Below, one piece after another: positions 1 through 8,498 of a stretch of DNA of 64,000 nucleotides. The DNA lies in the NCBI GenBank assembly GCA_017616555.1, contig JAFZXZ010000003.1, forward strand, positions 7,162-71,161, read 5' to 3'. Both the position numbers and the translations under genes were made by a program. Each line of letters starts with the position of its first letter. The first letter of the stretch is position 1. Below the pieces are notes generated by a model. That model had not been told where the DNA came from, did not search any database, and saw only the letters and a list, made by a program, of their open reading frames with translations. This stretch comes from a bacterium. GTDB taxonomy: Bacteria; Auribacterota; UBA3054.

Positions 1-1047
1 GCAGCCGCCGCAGTGGATCACGACTTTGTAGGGCGTGAGATCTTTGGGATAGGTGCCGCCGCTGGTGAAGTGGAAGTCGGGCTCGATATTTAATTTTTCC
101 CTGATCCAGCGGGGTAATTTTACGGTGCCGATGTCTTCGCACTGCCTGTGATGGGTGCAGCCTTCCGCGATAAGCACGGGGTCTCCGCTCTTAAGGGACA
201 GAAGGGCCTTGACGCCTTTGATCTGCTCCTCGAGGTCGCCTTTGGCTCTGGAGAGCAGGATGGAGAAGGAGGTGAGAAGTATGTTTTCCGGAACGATCTT
301 GGAAACTTTCCCAAAGGCCTGGCTGTCGGTGACGACGAGCGCGGGGTTAGGGAATTTTACGAGCGCGTCGGCGAGTTCCGTATCCCTGGCGACGAGGGGA
401 AGCGCGCCGGCTTCCAGGGCGTCCCTGATTACCTGCTGCTGAGGAAGGATCAATCTGCCCTTGGGCGCGGCGGAATCGATAGGCACTACGAGAATGACGA
501 CGTCTTTGGGCTGCAGAAGATCTCTTATGAGGGGAGAATCTTCTTTCTGCGGCTTGAGGGAGGGGAGAGTTTTCTTTATTTCCTCTACGCCTTCTTTTGT
601 CACGGCGGAAACGAGAAGGCCCTCCTTGAAATTTTTCTTATGCTCTTCGCTTAATTCGTCGGCCTTGTTGAAGACAACTAGGTAGGGAATCTTCCTTTCC
701 TTCAGTTCCTCAATAATGGCCTTCTCTTCGCTTTGGAGGCCTTTTGCGGCTTCGGCCACAACGATAGCCATGTCGGCGCTTCTTATGGCCTCCTTGGTCT
801 TCTCAATGCGTAATTGCCCCAATTCCCCGGTGTCGTCGAGGCCTGGAGTGTCGATTATAACGACAGGGCCCAAAGGAAGGATCTCCATGGCCTTCTTAAC
901 GGGGTCGGTGGTGGTGCCGGCGACATTGGAGACCAGGGCGAGGTCCTGATTGGTGAGGGCGTTCACCAGACTCGATTTTCCGGTGTTGGTGCGGCCCAAA
1001 AAAGCGATGTGTATCCTGTCGGAACTTGGCGTGGCGGAAAGCGACAT
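1..1047 (-). CDS. hydF: [FeFe]-hydrogenase maturation GTPase HydF (3' end runs off the left edge; absent from the ORF track)
   Basis: Manual reverse translation from the ATG at 1047-1045 gives MSLSATPSSDRIHIAFLGRTNTGKSSLVNAL (P-loop), DTPGLDD and NKAD. It continues to EGCTHHRQCEDIG...VVIHCGGC, the CxH...HCxxC cluster motif of HydF. The frame is open for 349 codons down to position 1. hydG lies nearby. Confidence 0.8.
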   Translation of the reverse strand, partial: MSLSATPSSDRIHIAFLGRTNTGKSSLVNALTNQDLALVSNVAGTTTDPVKKAMEILPLGPVVIIDTPGLDDTGELGQLRIEKTKEAIRSADMAIVVAEAAKGLQSEEKAIIEELKERKIPYLVVFNKADELSEEHKKNFKEGLLVSAVTKEGVEEIKKTLPSLKPQKEDSPLIRDLLQPKDVVILVVPIDSAAPKGRLILPQQQVIRDALEAGALPLVARDTELADALVKFPNPALVVTDSQAFGKVSKIVPENILLTSFSILLSRAKGDLEEQIKGVKALLSLKSGDPVLIAEGCTHHRQCEDIGTVKLPRWIREKLNIEPDFHFTSGGTYPKDLTPYKVVIHCGGC

Positions 1048-1070
1048 AAACTTGGTGCTCCTAATGGTGT

Positions 1071-2273
1071 TTACGGCAATTGGCTTAGGAAAGAACGCAT
1101 GGAGATAACGCTCGGCTTTTCCCGGATCTTGTCAAAGGCGTTGATAGGTTCGTAGGGCAGATTGGCTACGATTTGGAAAGCGTACGGAACTTTCAGTTTG
1201 CCCTGCATCAGGGTCAAAGAAGGCGTAACTTTTGTTTCTGACGTTTTAACTTCGACCAGGAACCAAGGCTCATCGTCTTTGGTCACGAGGAAATCAACTT
1301 CTTTTTGGTTTTTGTCCCTTACGTAAAAAAGTCCGTAATCTCCGAAGCCCAGATCATTCCAGGTGTCAACGGCCTTTAAAAGATGGCAGGCCGCCATGGT
1401 CTCGTTTCGCTGCCCTTCGTCCTTTATGCCGGACCAGTCTCTCAAGTACCACTTTGGCGTTTTGCGGATGGCGTTAACTAGTGTTTTGGACCAGGGGCGA
1501 ACATTGAAACCATAGAAGAAGGCGTTCAAGATCGTTGTCCATTCTCTCACCGTCACCTCACTGACCTGAATGCTGTTGGCAAGGGAAGAGTACACAATCT
1601 GGCTGCCGGAGTTTTTGGCAAGAATGACCGACAAAGTGTCAAGCTGGTCAAGATCTTTTATGCCGGTCTCTTTGGCGATGTCCGTTCTGATCATCTGTTC
1701 ATGTCTGCTTTTGCGCCAGCGGCGGGAGAATCCGTCTGAAGCCGCTGTAAACGGTTCCGGAAAGCCTCCGAATTTCCTAAGCGTTTCCCATTCGGAGTCA
1801 GATATTTTTTTAGGCGCAGCTATTTCCGCTTTCGGCAAAGTTGGGCGAAGCAGCTCTCCTACGGACAGGGGATGCATATTGAAAGAGAAATAACGTCCCA
1901 TAAGGCTGTCGCCTTTGCTGCGTTTATACAGATCAAAGCGCGCGGAGCCTGTGATTATGGTGTGAGCGTTTTCTCCGTAAGTGTCAAAATAGCCTTTTAA
2001 AAATTGTTTCCATTTCGGGTAGTGATGAAGCTCGTCAAACACAACAAAAGGAGATTTGGTTGTTCTGATGTTCAGGCCTATTTCTTCCGCCAGCACGTCT
2101 TCTCCCCGAAGCAAGAGCTCTCTGTCCTCTCTCCTGTCCCAGTTGAAATAATGGTCGGAGAGTTCTTTGCATGTGGTGGTTTTTCCTACCTGCCTGGGGC
2201 CGGAAAGCATGATCATCTGCCGATATTTTTTGCAATGATCTTTAAAAATATCCTGATACATTCTTTTGATCAT
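1071..2273 (-). CDS. AAA-family ATPase with C-terminal DUF4143-like PD-(D/E)xK module (COG1373 type)
   Basis: Walker A motif LSGPRQVGKTT and Walker B motif VVFDELH. The C-terminal KEVDFLV...WFLVEVKTSE looks like a restriction-endonuclease-fold motif. The gene is visibly AT-richer than hydF and hydG. Confidence 0.75.
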   Translation of the reverse strand: MIKRMYQDIFKDHCKKYRQMIMLSGPRQVGKTTTCKELSDHYFNWDRREDRELLLRGEDVLAEEIGLNIRTTKSPFVVFDELHHYPKWKQFLKGYFDTYGENAHTIITGSARFDLYKRSKGDSLMGRYFSFNMHPLSVGELLRPTLPKAEIAAPKKISDSEWETLRKFGGFPEPFTAASDGFSRRWRKSRHEQMIRTDIAKETGIKDLDQLDTLSVILAKNSGSQIVYSSLANSIQVSEVTVREWTTILNAFFYGFNVRPWSKTLVNAIRKTPKWYLRDWSGIKDEGQRNETMAACHLLKAVDTWNDLGFGDYGLFYVRDKNQKEVDFLVTKDDEPWFLVEVKTSETKVTPSLTLMQGKLKVPYAFQIVANLPYEPINAFDKIREKPSVISMRSFLSQLP

Positions 2274-2345
2274 ATTTTAAACCTCGTGGGTGCCGCTGTG
2301 AGGATTTTTCTCAGTGTTTACGGGGATATTATAACAAATAGGCTG

Positions 2346-2421
2346 ACAAAAAATCAATGCCATTCCAAAGGCAAGCTTGGAATGGCATTGACTATTCCAA
2401 AGTGGCCTTTGGAATGGCATT
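2346..2421 (-). terminator. Intrinsic terminator of hydG built from three copies of one motif
   Basis: AATGCCATTCCAAAGG (2356-2371) is the reverse complement of CCTTTGGAATGGCATT (2406-2421). A third copy, TTGGAATGGCATT, lies at 2377-2389. On the minus strand the last hairpin is followed by GATTTTTT. Confidence 0.6.
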
Positions 2422-2433
2422 AACAAAAACGGG

Positions 2434-3852
2434 TCAGAAGCGGAAGTCGCGTTCGCCCTGCTCGATCTTTTGGAGGCGCTCCTTTAAGATGCGGCGGATG
2501 TTCTCGCTGGGGACGTTGTCGATCTCTTTTTGGATGAGGGCTTCGCCGATCTCTTTGGTTTCGGGCTTGGCGTAGTCCATCAAGTATTCCTTCAAGGTCA
2601 TCAGCGCGTTGGGGTGGCAGCAGTTTAATATCTTCCTGGATTTGCAGAGGCTCATGAAGCGGTCGCCGGTGCGGCCTTCTCTATAGCAGGCGGTGCAGAA
2701 ACTCGGGATGTAGCCGATCTTCATAAGCCAGTTCATGACCTGATCCAATGTGCGGTTGTCGATGACGTCGAACTGGGCGGAGGATTCGTCCTCAGGCTCT
2801 TCCTCGGCGTAGCCGCCGACGCTCGTTCTGGAGCCGCCGCTAATCTGCGAGATGCCCAAGTGCAGGACGCGCTCGCGGGTGGCCTTGCTTTCCCTGGTGG
2901 AGACGATCATGCCGGTGTAGGGGACGGAAACTCTGATGCAGGCGACGATCTTGGCGAAGGTGTCGTCGTCGATACTGTTGTCGAAGGCGGTGGGGTCGAT
3001 GTCGTCGGCGTGGCGGATACGAGGGACGCTGATGGTGTGCGGGCCTACGCCGAAAGCGGCTTCCAGGTGCTCGGCGTGCATAAGGAGGGCCGCGAACTCA
3101 TAGCGGTAGAGGGAGAGGCCGAAGAGGACGCCTAAGCCTACGTCGTCTATTCCGCCCTGCATGGCGCGGTCCATAGCTTCCGTGTGATAAGCGTAGTTGT
3201 GCTTGGGGCCGGTGGGGTGCAGATTTTCGTAGTTTTCCTTGTGGTACGTTTCCTGGAAGAGGATGTAGGTGCCGATGCCGGCCTCTTTCAGTTTCCTGTA
3301 GTTCTCGACAGTGGTGGCCGCAATGTTGACGTTCACGCGGCGGATGGCGCCGTTTTTGTGCTTGATGCTGTAAATGGTCTTGATGCACTCGAGGACGTAC
3401 TCTATTGGGTTGTTGACGGGGTCTTCGCCGGTCTCCAGGGCGAGGCGCTTATGTCCCATGTTCTGCAAAGCGGTGACTTCCTTTATGACCTCTTCCTGGG
3501 TGAGTTTTTTCCTCGGTATGTGCTTGTTCTTGAAGTGGTACGGGCAGTAAACGCAGCCGTTCACGCAGTAGTTGGAAAGATAAAGGGGAGCGAACAAGAC
3601 GATGCGGTTGCCGTAGAAATCTTTTTTGATCTGCTCCGCCAGAGCGTAGATCTTTTCGTTCTGCTCCGGCAGCTCGCAGGCTAAGAGGACGGAGGCGTCC
3701 CGGTGTGAGAGGCCTTTCAGTTCCTTGGCTTTCTCTATGATTGCGTCGATCAGCGCGGCGTCGCTTTTGTGCTCGTCAGCGTATTTGAGGGAGGCTAATA
3801 CTTCCTCGTGATCGATGAATTCTTCCGCATGCGGTGATTTAACGTCGTACAT
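2434..3852 (-). CDS. hydG: [FeFe]-hydrogenase H-cluster radical SAM maturase HydG
   Basis: 472 aa with the radical SAM motif CVNGCVYC. The C-terminal SFCTACYREGRTGDRFMSLCKS...CCHPNA is the HydG auxiliary-cluster signature. Confidence 0.85.
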   Translation of the reverse strand: MYDVKSPHAEEFIDHEEVLASLKYADEHKSDAALIDAIIEKAKELKGLSHRDASVLLACELPEQNEKIYALAEQIKKDFYGNRIVLFAPLYLSNYCVNGCVYCPYHFKNKHIPRKKLTQEEVIKEVTALQNMGHKRLALETGEDPVNNPIEYVLECIKTIYSIKHKNGAIRRVNVNIAATTVENYRKLKEAGIGTYILFQETYHKENYENLHPTGPKHNYAYHTEAMDRAMQGGIDDVGLGVLFGLSLYRYEFAALLMHAEHLEAAFGVGPHTISVPRIRHADDIDPTAFDNSIDDDTFAKIVACIRVSVPYTGMIVSTRESKATRERVLHLGISQISGGSRTSVGGYAEEEPEDESSAQFDVIDNRTLDQVMNWLMKIGYIPSFCTACYREGRTGDRFMSLCKSRKILNCCHPNALMTLKEYLMDYAKPETKEIGEALIQKEIDNVPSENIRRILKERLQKIEQGERDFRF

Positions 3853-3943
3853 TTTTGCCTTCTAAGTATTATTACAACCGCTTATATTATACTTCTTTTC
3901 AAAAAACTTTTTTCAAGGGGGGTCTGTGGCAAATAAGTTTCTG

Positions 3944-3952
3944 TGGTATAAT
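3944..3952 (+). promoter_or_regulatory. Extended -10 promoter (TGgTATAAT) for the AI-2E transporter gene
   Basis: TGGTATAAT lies 19 nt upstream of the ATG at 3971, with AAGAGGA as the ribosome-binding site in between. Confidence 0.4.
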
Positions 3953-3970
3953 GGAAAAAGAGGATAAATT

Positions 3971-5059
3971 ATGCCGAAAAACCCCAACTCAGTGATGAAC
4001 CAGGCGATAGCGGCCTGCCTAGGCTTTCTTACCATCTGCGTAGTCGTCTATGTTTTGAAGATCGGGAAGCCGATCCTTCTGCCTTTGGTCGTGGCGATCT
4101 GTCTGTGGTATCTCATCAACTCCCTGCAGGAGCTCATAAAGAGCATCAGCATAAAAGGCTATTCGCTGCCCACCTTCCTTTGCTACATAATAGCCCTTTG
4201 CATCATAACGCTCGTGGTCTGGGGCATTGTTTCCATCGTGGTCTCGAACGTTTCGGCGGTCGTCAAAGCGGTGCCTTTCTATCAGGAGAAGCTGCAGTAC
4301 CTGATCGACAGTATGGCAGAGCGTTTCCACTACAACGCCGACGCGACGCTTAAGACCTGGATCAGGAAGATAAATTACGGTTCGATGCTCTCAGGTCTTG
4401 CGAGCGCTCTGCAGGACATGACGAAGAACGTTTTCCTCGTCATCATCTACATCATCTTCCTCTTCATGGAGCAGGCCAATTTCCAGCGCAAGCACGAGCT
4501 TTTCTTCGCCGCCATGGCGCCGGAAAGGAAACTGGACCTGGTGATGTCGGAAGGCGTCACCGCTATGAGAAAGTATCTTGGCGTGAAAACGGTGGCGAGC
4601 CTTGTGACGGCTTTGCTGAGCTACGCGATCATGAGCTGGGTCAATCTTGACTACGCCGCTTTCTGGGCGCTTCTCATCTTCCTTTTCAACTACATTCCCA
4701 GTATCGGCTCCATCGTCGCTACCATCATCCCGGCCGTTCTGACGCTTGTGCAGTTCGAGCATCCTCTGGTTCCTTTTTTGTGCGTGGCGGGCGGGATCAC
4801 AGCGGTGCAGTTCTTGATAGGGAATATCCTGGAGCCGAGAGTTCTGGGAACGTCATTGAACATAAGTCCTTTGGTGGTCTTGCTGTCCTTGGCCTTCTGG
4901 GGCGCCATTTGGGGCATCGCGGGAATGCTTCTTTGCGTGCCCATCATGTCCATTATCATCATGCTCTTCGCGCAGTTCGACGCGACGCGTCCCATTGCCA
5001 TTTTGCTTTCCGCCAACGGCAAGGTCAGAGTCTATAAGAGCGAAGACAAGGAGTCCTGA
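3971..5059 (+). CDS. AI-2E family transporter (PerM/UPF0118-like permease)
   Basis: 362 aa and multi-spanning hydrophobic. The C-terminal region FLIGNILEPRVLG...LAFWGAIWGIAGMLLCVPI is typical of the family. Confidence 0.7.
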   Translation: MPKNPNSVMNQAIAACLGFLTICVVVYVLKIGKPILLPLVVAICLWYLINSLQELIKSISIKGYSLPTFLCYIIALCIITLVVWGIVSIVVSNVSAVVKAVPFYQEKLQYLIDSMAERFHYNADATLKTWIRKINYGSMLSGLASALQDMTKNVFLVIIYIIFLFMEQANFQRKHELFFAAMAPERKLDLVMSEGVTAMRKYLGVKTVASLVTALLSYAIMSWVNLDYAAFWALLIFLFNYIPSIGSIVATIIPAVLTLVQFEHPLVPFLCVAGGITAVQFLIGNILEPRVLGTSLNISPLVVLLSLAFWGAIWGIAGMLLCVPIMSIIIMLFAQFDATRPIAILLSANGKVRVYKSEDKES

Positions 5060-5118
5060 AAGCGCCCTCGGTTTGCAATTTAGGCGCGCTTTTAATACAA
5101 TACTCCTCACAATTCGAA

Positions 5119-5194
5119 GCCAGAATAGCTCAGTCGGTAGAGCAGCGCTTTCGTAAAGCGCAGGTCATCGGTTCAAGTCCGATTTCTGGCTCCA
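5119..5194 (+). tRNA. tRNA-Thr (anticodon CGU), CCA encoded
   Basis: The cloverleaf was folded by hand. Acceptor GCCAGAA/TTCTGGC, D arm GCTC..GAGC, anticodon stem GCGCT/AGCGC with loop TTCGTAA. T arm ATCGG-TTCAAGT-CCGAT, ending in a 3' TCCA. Confidence 0.9.
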
Positions 5195-5206
5195 TTTTTT
5201 ATTTCT

Positions 5207-5310
5207 GGGGCGGATTTGTGTCCCCGTCGTTCACGGACTACGCGTGCATTGCCTTGATTTGCGTCCTCCGTGAGTTCACTTTGGGGACACAAGATCCGCC
5301 CCGGTTTTTT
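5207..5310. terminator. Long nested hairpin plus T-run between tRNA-Thr and coaD
   Basis: GGGGCGGATTTGTGTCCCC (5207-5225) pairs with GGGGACACAAGATCCGCCCC (5283-5302). An inner pair TCACGGA/TCCGTGA is nested inside, and the structure is followed by GGTTTTTT. Confidence 0.5.
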
Positions 5311-5327
5311 ATAAAAAATTAACGTTT

Positions 5328-5828
5328 TTAACGTTTGAACTTTTTGTAGAGCGCGGTGGCGGCGGGGGGCGGGACCATTTCGTCGACTTTGCCGCCTAAG
5401 AGGGCGATCTCTTTGACGTTGGTGGAGCTGATGTAGGCGAGGTCTTCCCTTGTCATAAGAAAGACGGCTTCGAGGTCCTTGTTCATTCTTCGGTTGGTCA
5501 GGGCCATTTGGAATTCGAATTCGAAGTCGGTCATGGCTCTCAATCCTCGAACTACGGCTACGGCTTTCTTTTCTTTCGCCCAGTCAACGAGGAGCGTTTC
5601 GAAGATCTCGGCTTTGACGTTGGGGATGTCCTTTACGACTTCCTTGACAAGTTTCAGCCTTTCCTTGGGAGTGAAGAGAGTCTTTTTATGCACGGCGTCG
5701 GCGACGCCGACGATTATTTCGTCGAAGATCTTGGCCGCCCTTAATATGACGTCCAGGTGCCCGTTGGTTATTGGGTCGAAGGTGCCGGCGTAAACGGCGC
5801 GTCTTATCTTAGTTTCTTTTTCTTTCAT
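5328..5828 (-). CDS. coaD: Phosphopantetheine adenylyltransferase
   Basis: 166 aa. AVYAGTFDPITNGHLDVI is the nucleotidyltransferase (T/H)xGH motif. Confidence 0.9.
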   Translation of the reverse strand: MKEKETKIRRAVYAGTFDPITNGHLDVILRAAKIFDEIIVGVADAVHKKTLFTPKERLKLVKEVVKDIPNVKAEIFETLLVDWAKEKKAVAVVRGLRAMTDFEFEFQMALTNRRMNKDLEAVFLMTREDLAYISSTNVKEIALLGGKVDEMVPPPAATALYKKFKR

Positions 5829-6406
5829 TCTTCCTCCTCGCTCGTAAAGGAGCCGATGCGGCCGAAAAAGCTCACCTGGGCTTTGCCGTAGCTTATGGAG
5901 CGGTAGCAGCGCCAGGAGGCGATCTCGGTATCTTTAGCGCATTTCACAGTTTCGTCGTGTTCTATTATAACAATCGTGTCGTCATTTGCGAAAGAGGAGG
6001 AGTCGATGGCGGACAAAAGCTTTTCCATTTCGACTTCCCGATACGGGGGATCGGCGTAGATAAGATCCATCGGGTACCCGGTCGAATTTTTGAGGACGTC
6101 CCAGACGTCGGCTCTCCAGACGGTCGCCTTATCATCGGCGCCTAAGCGTTTGACGTTGGACATTAGGCAGCGCAGCGCTTCCGGCGCCTTTTCGACCATA
6201 ATGGCGCTCTTGGCGCCGCGGGAGAGGCATTCAAGCCCTATGGCGCCGCAGCCGGAGTAGAGGTCAAGGACCTTTCTTCCGGGCAGCCAGGAATGAAGGA
6301 TGTTGAAGACGGAAGTCCTAACGCGGTCGGACGTCGGCCTGACTTCGCGGCCTTCCGGCGTTTCCAGGAGTTTCCCTTTATAGAGTCCCGTTATAATCCT
6401 AGGCAT
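5825..6406 (-). CDS. rsmD: 16S rRNA (guanine966-N2)-methyltransferase RsmD
   Basis: RPTSDRVRTSVFNIL, the SAM-binding stretch LDLYSGCGAIGLE, and ADPPY. It shows the usual rsmD-coaD pairing with a 4-nt overlap. Confidence 0.8.
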   Translation of the reverse strand: MPRIITGLYKGKLLETPEGREVRPTSDRVRTSVFNILHSWLPGRKVLDLYSGCGAIGLECLSRGAKSAIMVEKAPEALRCLMSNVKRLGADDKATVWRADVWDVLKNSTGYPMDLIYADPPYREVEMEKLLSAIDSSSFANDDTIVIIEHDETVKCAKDTEIASWRCYRSISYGKAQVSFFGRIGSFTSEEEE

Positions 6407-7244
6407 TTTTCACCTCGTTTCCAAGATAGCGGACGGAGAGCATCGTGATGTCGTCGGACTGCGGGGCGCCTGCGGCGAACGCTTTTACGTCGTCCCAGAC
6501 TGATCCTATGAGTTTTTCGCAAGCGAACCCGTTCTTTCCCTGAAGGAAGGAAATTAGCCTTTCGTCGCCGTACATTTTTTCCTTAGTGTTGAAGGCCTCT
6601 GTCACGCCGTCAGTGTAGAGGAAGATGGTGTCGCCGGGGCGCAGTACCATGTAGTCGTCGTGGTATTCCATGTCGGAGCACATGCCGACCAAGGCTCCGT
6701 TGTTGGAGCGCAGGAATTCCGCCAAGCCATTTGCTTTCATGATGACGGGCGGGTTGTGGCCGCCGTTGCAGTAAGCCATCGTTCCGCTGCGAAGATTTAT
6801 GACGGCTATGAAGAGCGTCACGAACATGCAGCTCTCGTTGTTGGCGGAGCGGTCCTTGTTGATGTGGTCGAGGATGGCCGCGGGCGAGGCGTTGTAGCGC
6901 GCGACAGACCTTATGAGCGTTTGCACGACCGCCATGTAGAGGGCCGCCGAGATGCCCTTGCCCGAGACGTCGCCCATGCAGAAGCAAAGGTGGCTTCTGT
7001 CAACGAAGAAGACGTTGAAAAGGTCGCCGCCCACGGACTGGGCGGGGCAGAGGATGCCGGCCGTCTCGATCCTCTGGTCGCCTTTGTTGACCCTTTCGAG
7101 ATTCGGCAGCAGGCTGCGCTGGATGTCGGAGGCGATCTTCAGTTCGCCCTGCAGCCTTTTTTCAGCCTCCTCCGTCTGGTCGAGCCTTTTTGCGGCGGCT
7201 CTGACCTTCCTTAGGTAGCGGAAAACGTCGGTTATGAATTTCAT
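6399..7244 (-). CDS. PP2C/SpoIIE-family serine phosphatase (RsbU-like)
   Basis: GGDLF..., GDVSGKGISAALYM, YCNGGHNPP, LYTDGVTEA and QSDDITML are the SpoIIE-domain motifs. Confidence 0.75.
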   Translation of the reverse strand: MKFITDVFRYLRKVRAAAKRLDQTEEAEKRLQGELKIASDIQRSLLPNLERVNKGDQRIETAGILCPAQSVGGDLFNVFFVDRSHLCFCMGDVSGKGISAALYMAVVQTLIRSVARYNASPAAILDHINKDRSANNESCMFVTLFIAVINLRSGTMAYCNGGHNPPVIMKANGLAEFLRSNNGALVGMCSDMEYHDDYMVLRPGDTIFLYTDGVTEAFNTKEKMYGDERLISFLQGKNGFACEKLIGSVWDDVKAFAAGAPQSDDITMLSVRYLGNEVKNA

Positions 7245-7253
7245 ACAAAAATT

Positions 7254-8498
7254 TTATCTCTTTCTGCCCCAAACGGGCAAAGCTTCAAGTTCATTTGAGA
7301 AAGCCGCGCGCTGCCAGTCCCTGGTGTCCTCCTGCGGATCGTTGAATTCAGACCTGCGCTTCTCCGGGTACAGCGAAAGCCTTTCCAGAGAAGAGGAGGG
7401 CCAGATGAGGGAAGGCTCGAGATTGAGTTCCTCGCCTTTTTTCGCGCGCCAGTCTTTCAGTTTGCCCATCCTCTCCATGGAGGAGCGGCGCCAAACGGGC
7501 AGTTCTTTTTTGAATTCCACCACGACGAAGGGCGGGAGTTTTTCCGCCATTCGTAAAGTTTCCCTCAGCTCCTGCCCGTGGTGGCGCAAAAAGAAGGGGC
7601 CGAGCCCGGTAACTTTGGAAAGATCGCACCTAGGGTTCCTGGCAAGGTAAAACATCGTCTGCGAGCCTAAGACCTTAAACGGCGGGCGGTGGCGGCGCAG
7701 AGCGATCCTTTCCCTCATCTGGAAGATCGCGCGGAAAATGGCGAGCTCCTTCGGTGAAAGGGCGTGCCAGCCTTTGATGATCGAGAAAGCAATATTGTCA
7801 GGCAGCGGTTCCTTGAAGCGCATTTTCGCCATGCGTTCCGATTCCTCCGTCACCCAAGCGAGGCGGCCGCACTTGGCTAAGAGCTTTTTCTGGCATTTCG
7901 CAAGCTTTATGAGGTAGGCGATGTCGTTCACGGCGTAGCGCAGCGCTTCGTCGGGCAAGGGACGCTCCCCCCAGTTCATCTGCTGGAGCTTCTTGTCTTT
8001 TACGATGTCGATGCCTAAGTATTCCTTTATGACGGCGCCGAGCCCGGTGTGCGTGGAGCCAAGGAACTGCGCCGCGACGGCGGTGTCGAAGATGTTTTTA
8101 ACTTCCGCGTGGTAGTCCCTGAAAAGCGAGCGCATGTCGTAGTCGCAGGAGTGGAAGATCTTCTCGATTTTTTCGTCGCCGAAAAGGTCCCTTAAAAGTT
8201 CGCCGTCGCCGACGGCCTCGGGATCGACGATGAAGTGGTAGCCCGGGCAGCCAAGCTGGATGAGGCATATAGATTCTGGGTAATAGTGCAGGCTGTTGGC
8301 TTCCAGATCCACCGCGACGGAAGGATTATCTTTCAAAACGGCCACGGCTTTCTGCCATTCGTCATAAGTCCTGACGTAGATGAAATCGTGTTCCGGAGTG
8401 AAAGACTGGCCCCTTAAGCCGGCCAGGAACGATCTGAAGGAATTAAGGTTTTCCCTCGCCGCGCACCTTATCACTCTAAAGCATGTTGACAATCTCAT
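7254..8498 (-). CDS. rnd: Ribonuclease D-like 3'-5' exonuclease with HRDC region
   Basis: The DEDDy motifs are present: VAVDLEANSL, HSCDYDM and YAVNDIAYL. The start codon is uncertain. Confidence 0.7.
   Translation of the reverse strand: MRLSTCFRVIRCAARENLNSFRSFLAGLRGQSFTPEHDFIYVRTYDEWQKAVAVLKDNPSVAVDLEANSLHYYPESICLIQLGCPGYHFIVDPEAVGDGELLRDLFGDEKIEKIFHSCDYDMRSLFRDYHAEVKNIFDTAVAAQFLGSTHTGLGAVIKEYLGIDIVKDKKLQQMNWGERPLPDEALRYAVNDIAYLIKLAKCQKKLLAKCGRLAWVTEESERMAKMRFKEPLPDNIAFSIIKGWHALSPKELAIFRAIFQMRERIALRRHRPPFKVLGSQTMFYLARNPRCDLSKVTGLGPFFLRHHGQELRETLRMAEKLPPFVVVEFKKELPVWRRSSMERMGKLKDWRAKKGEELNLEPSLIWPSSSLERLSLYPEKRRSEFNDPQEDTRDWQRAAFSNELEALPVWGRKR

Noticed and set aside
148-1155. Plus-strand ORFs at the left edge (148-654, 155-442, 461-685, 716-949, 814-1155)
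   Set aside because: All are antisense or out of frame relative to the clear HydF reading frame on the minus strand (P-loop, G3/G4 and CxH...HCxxC motifs).
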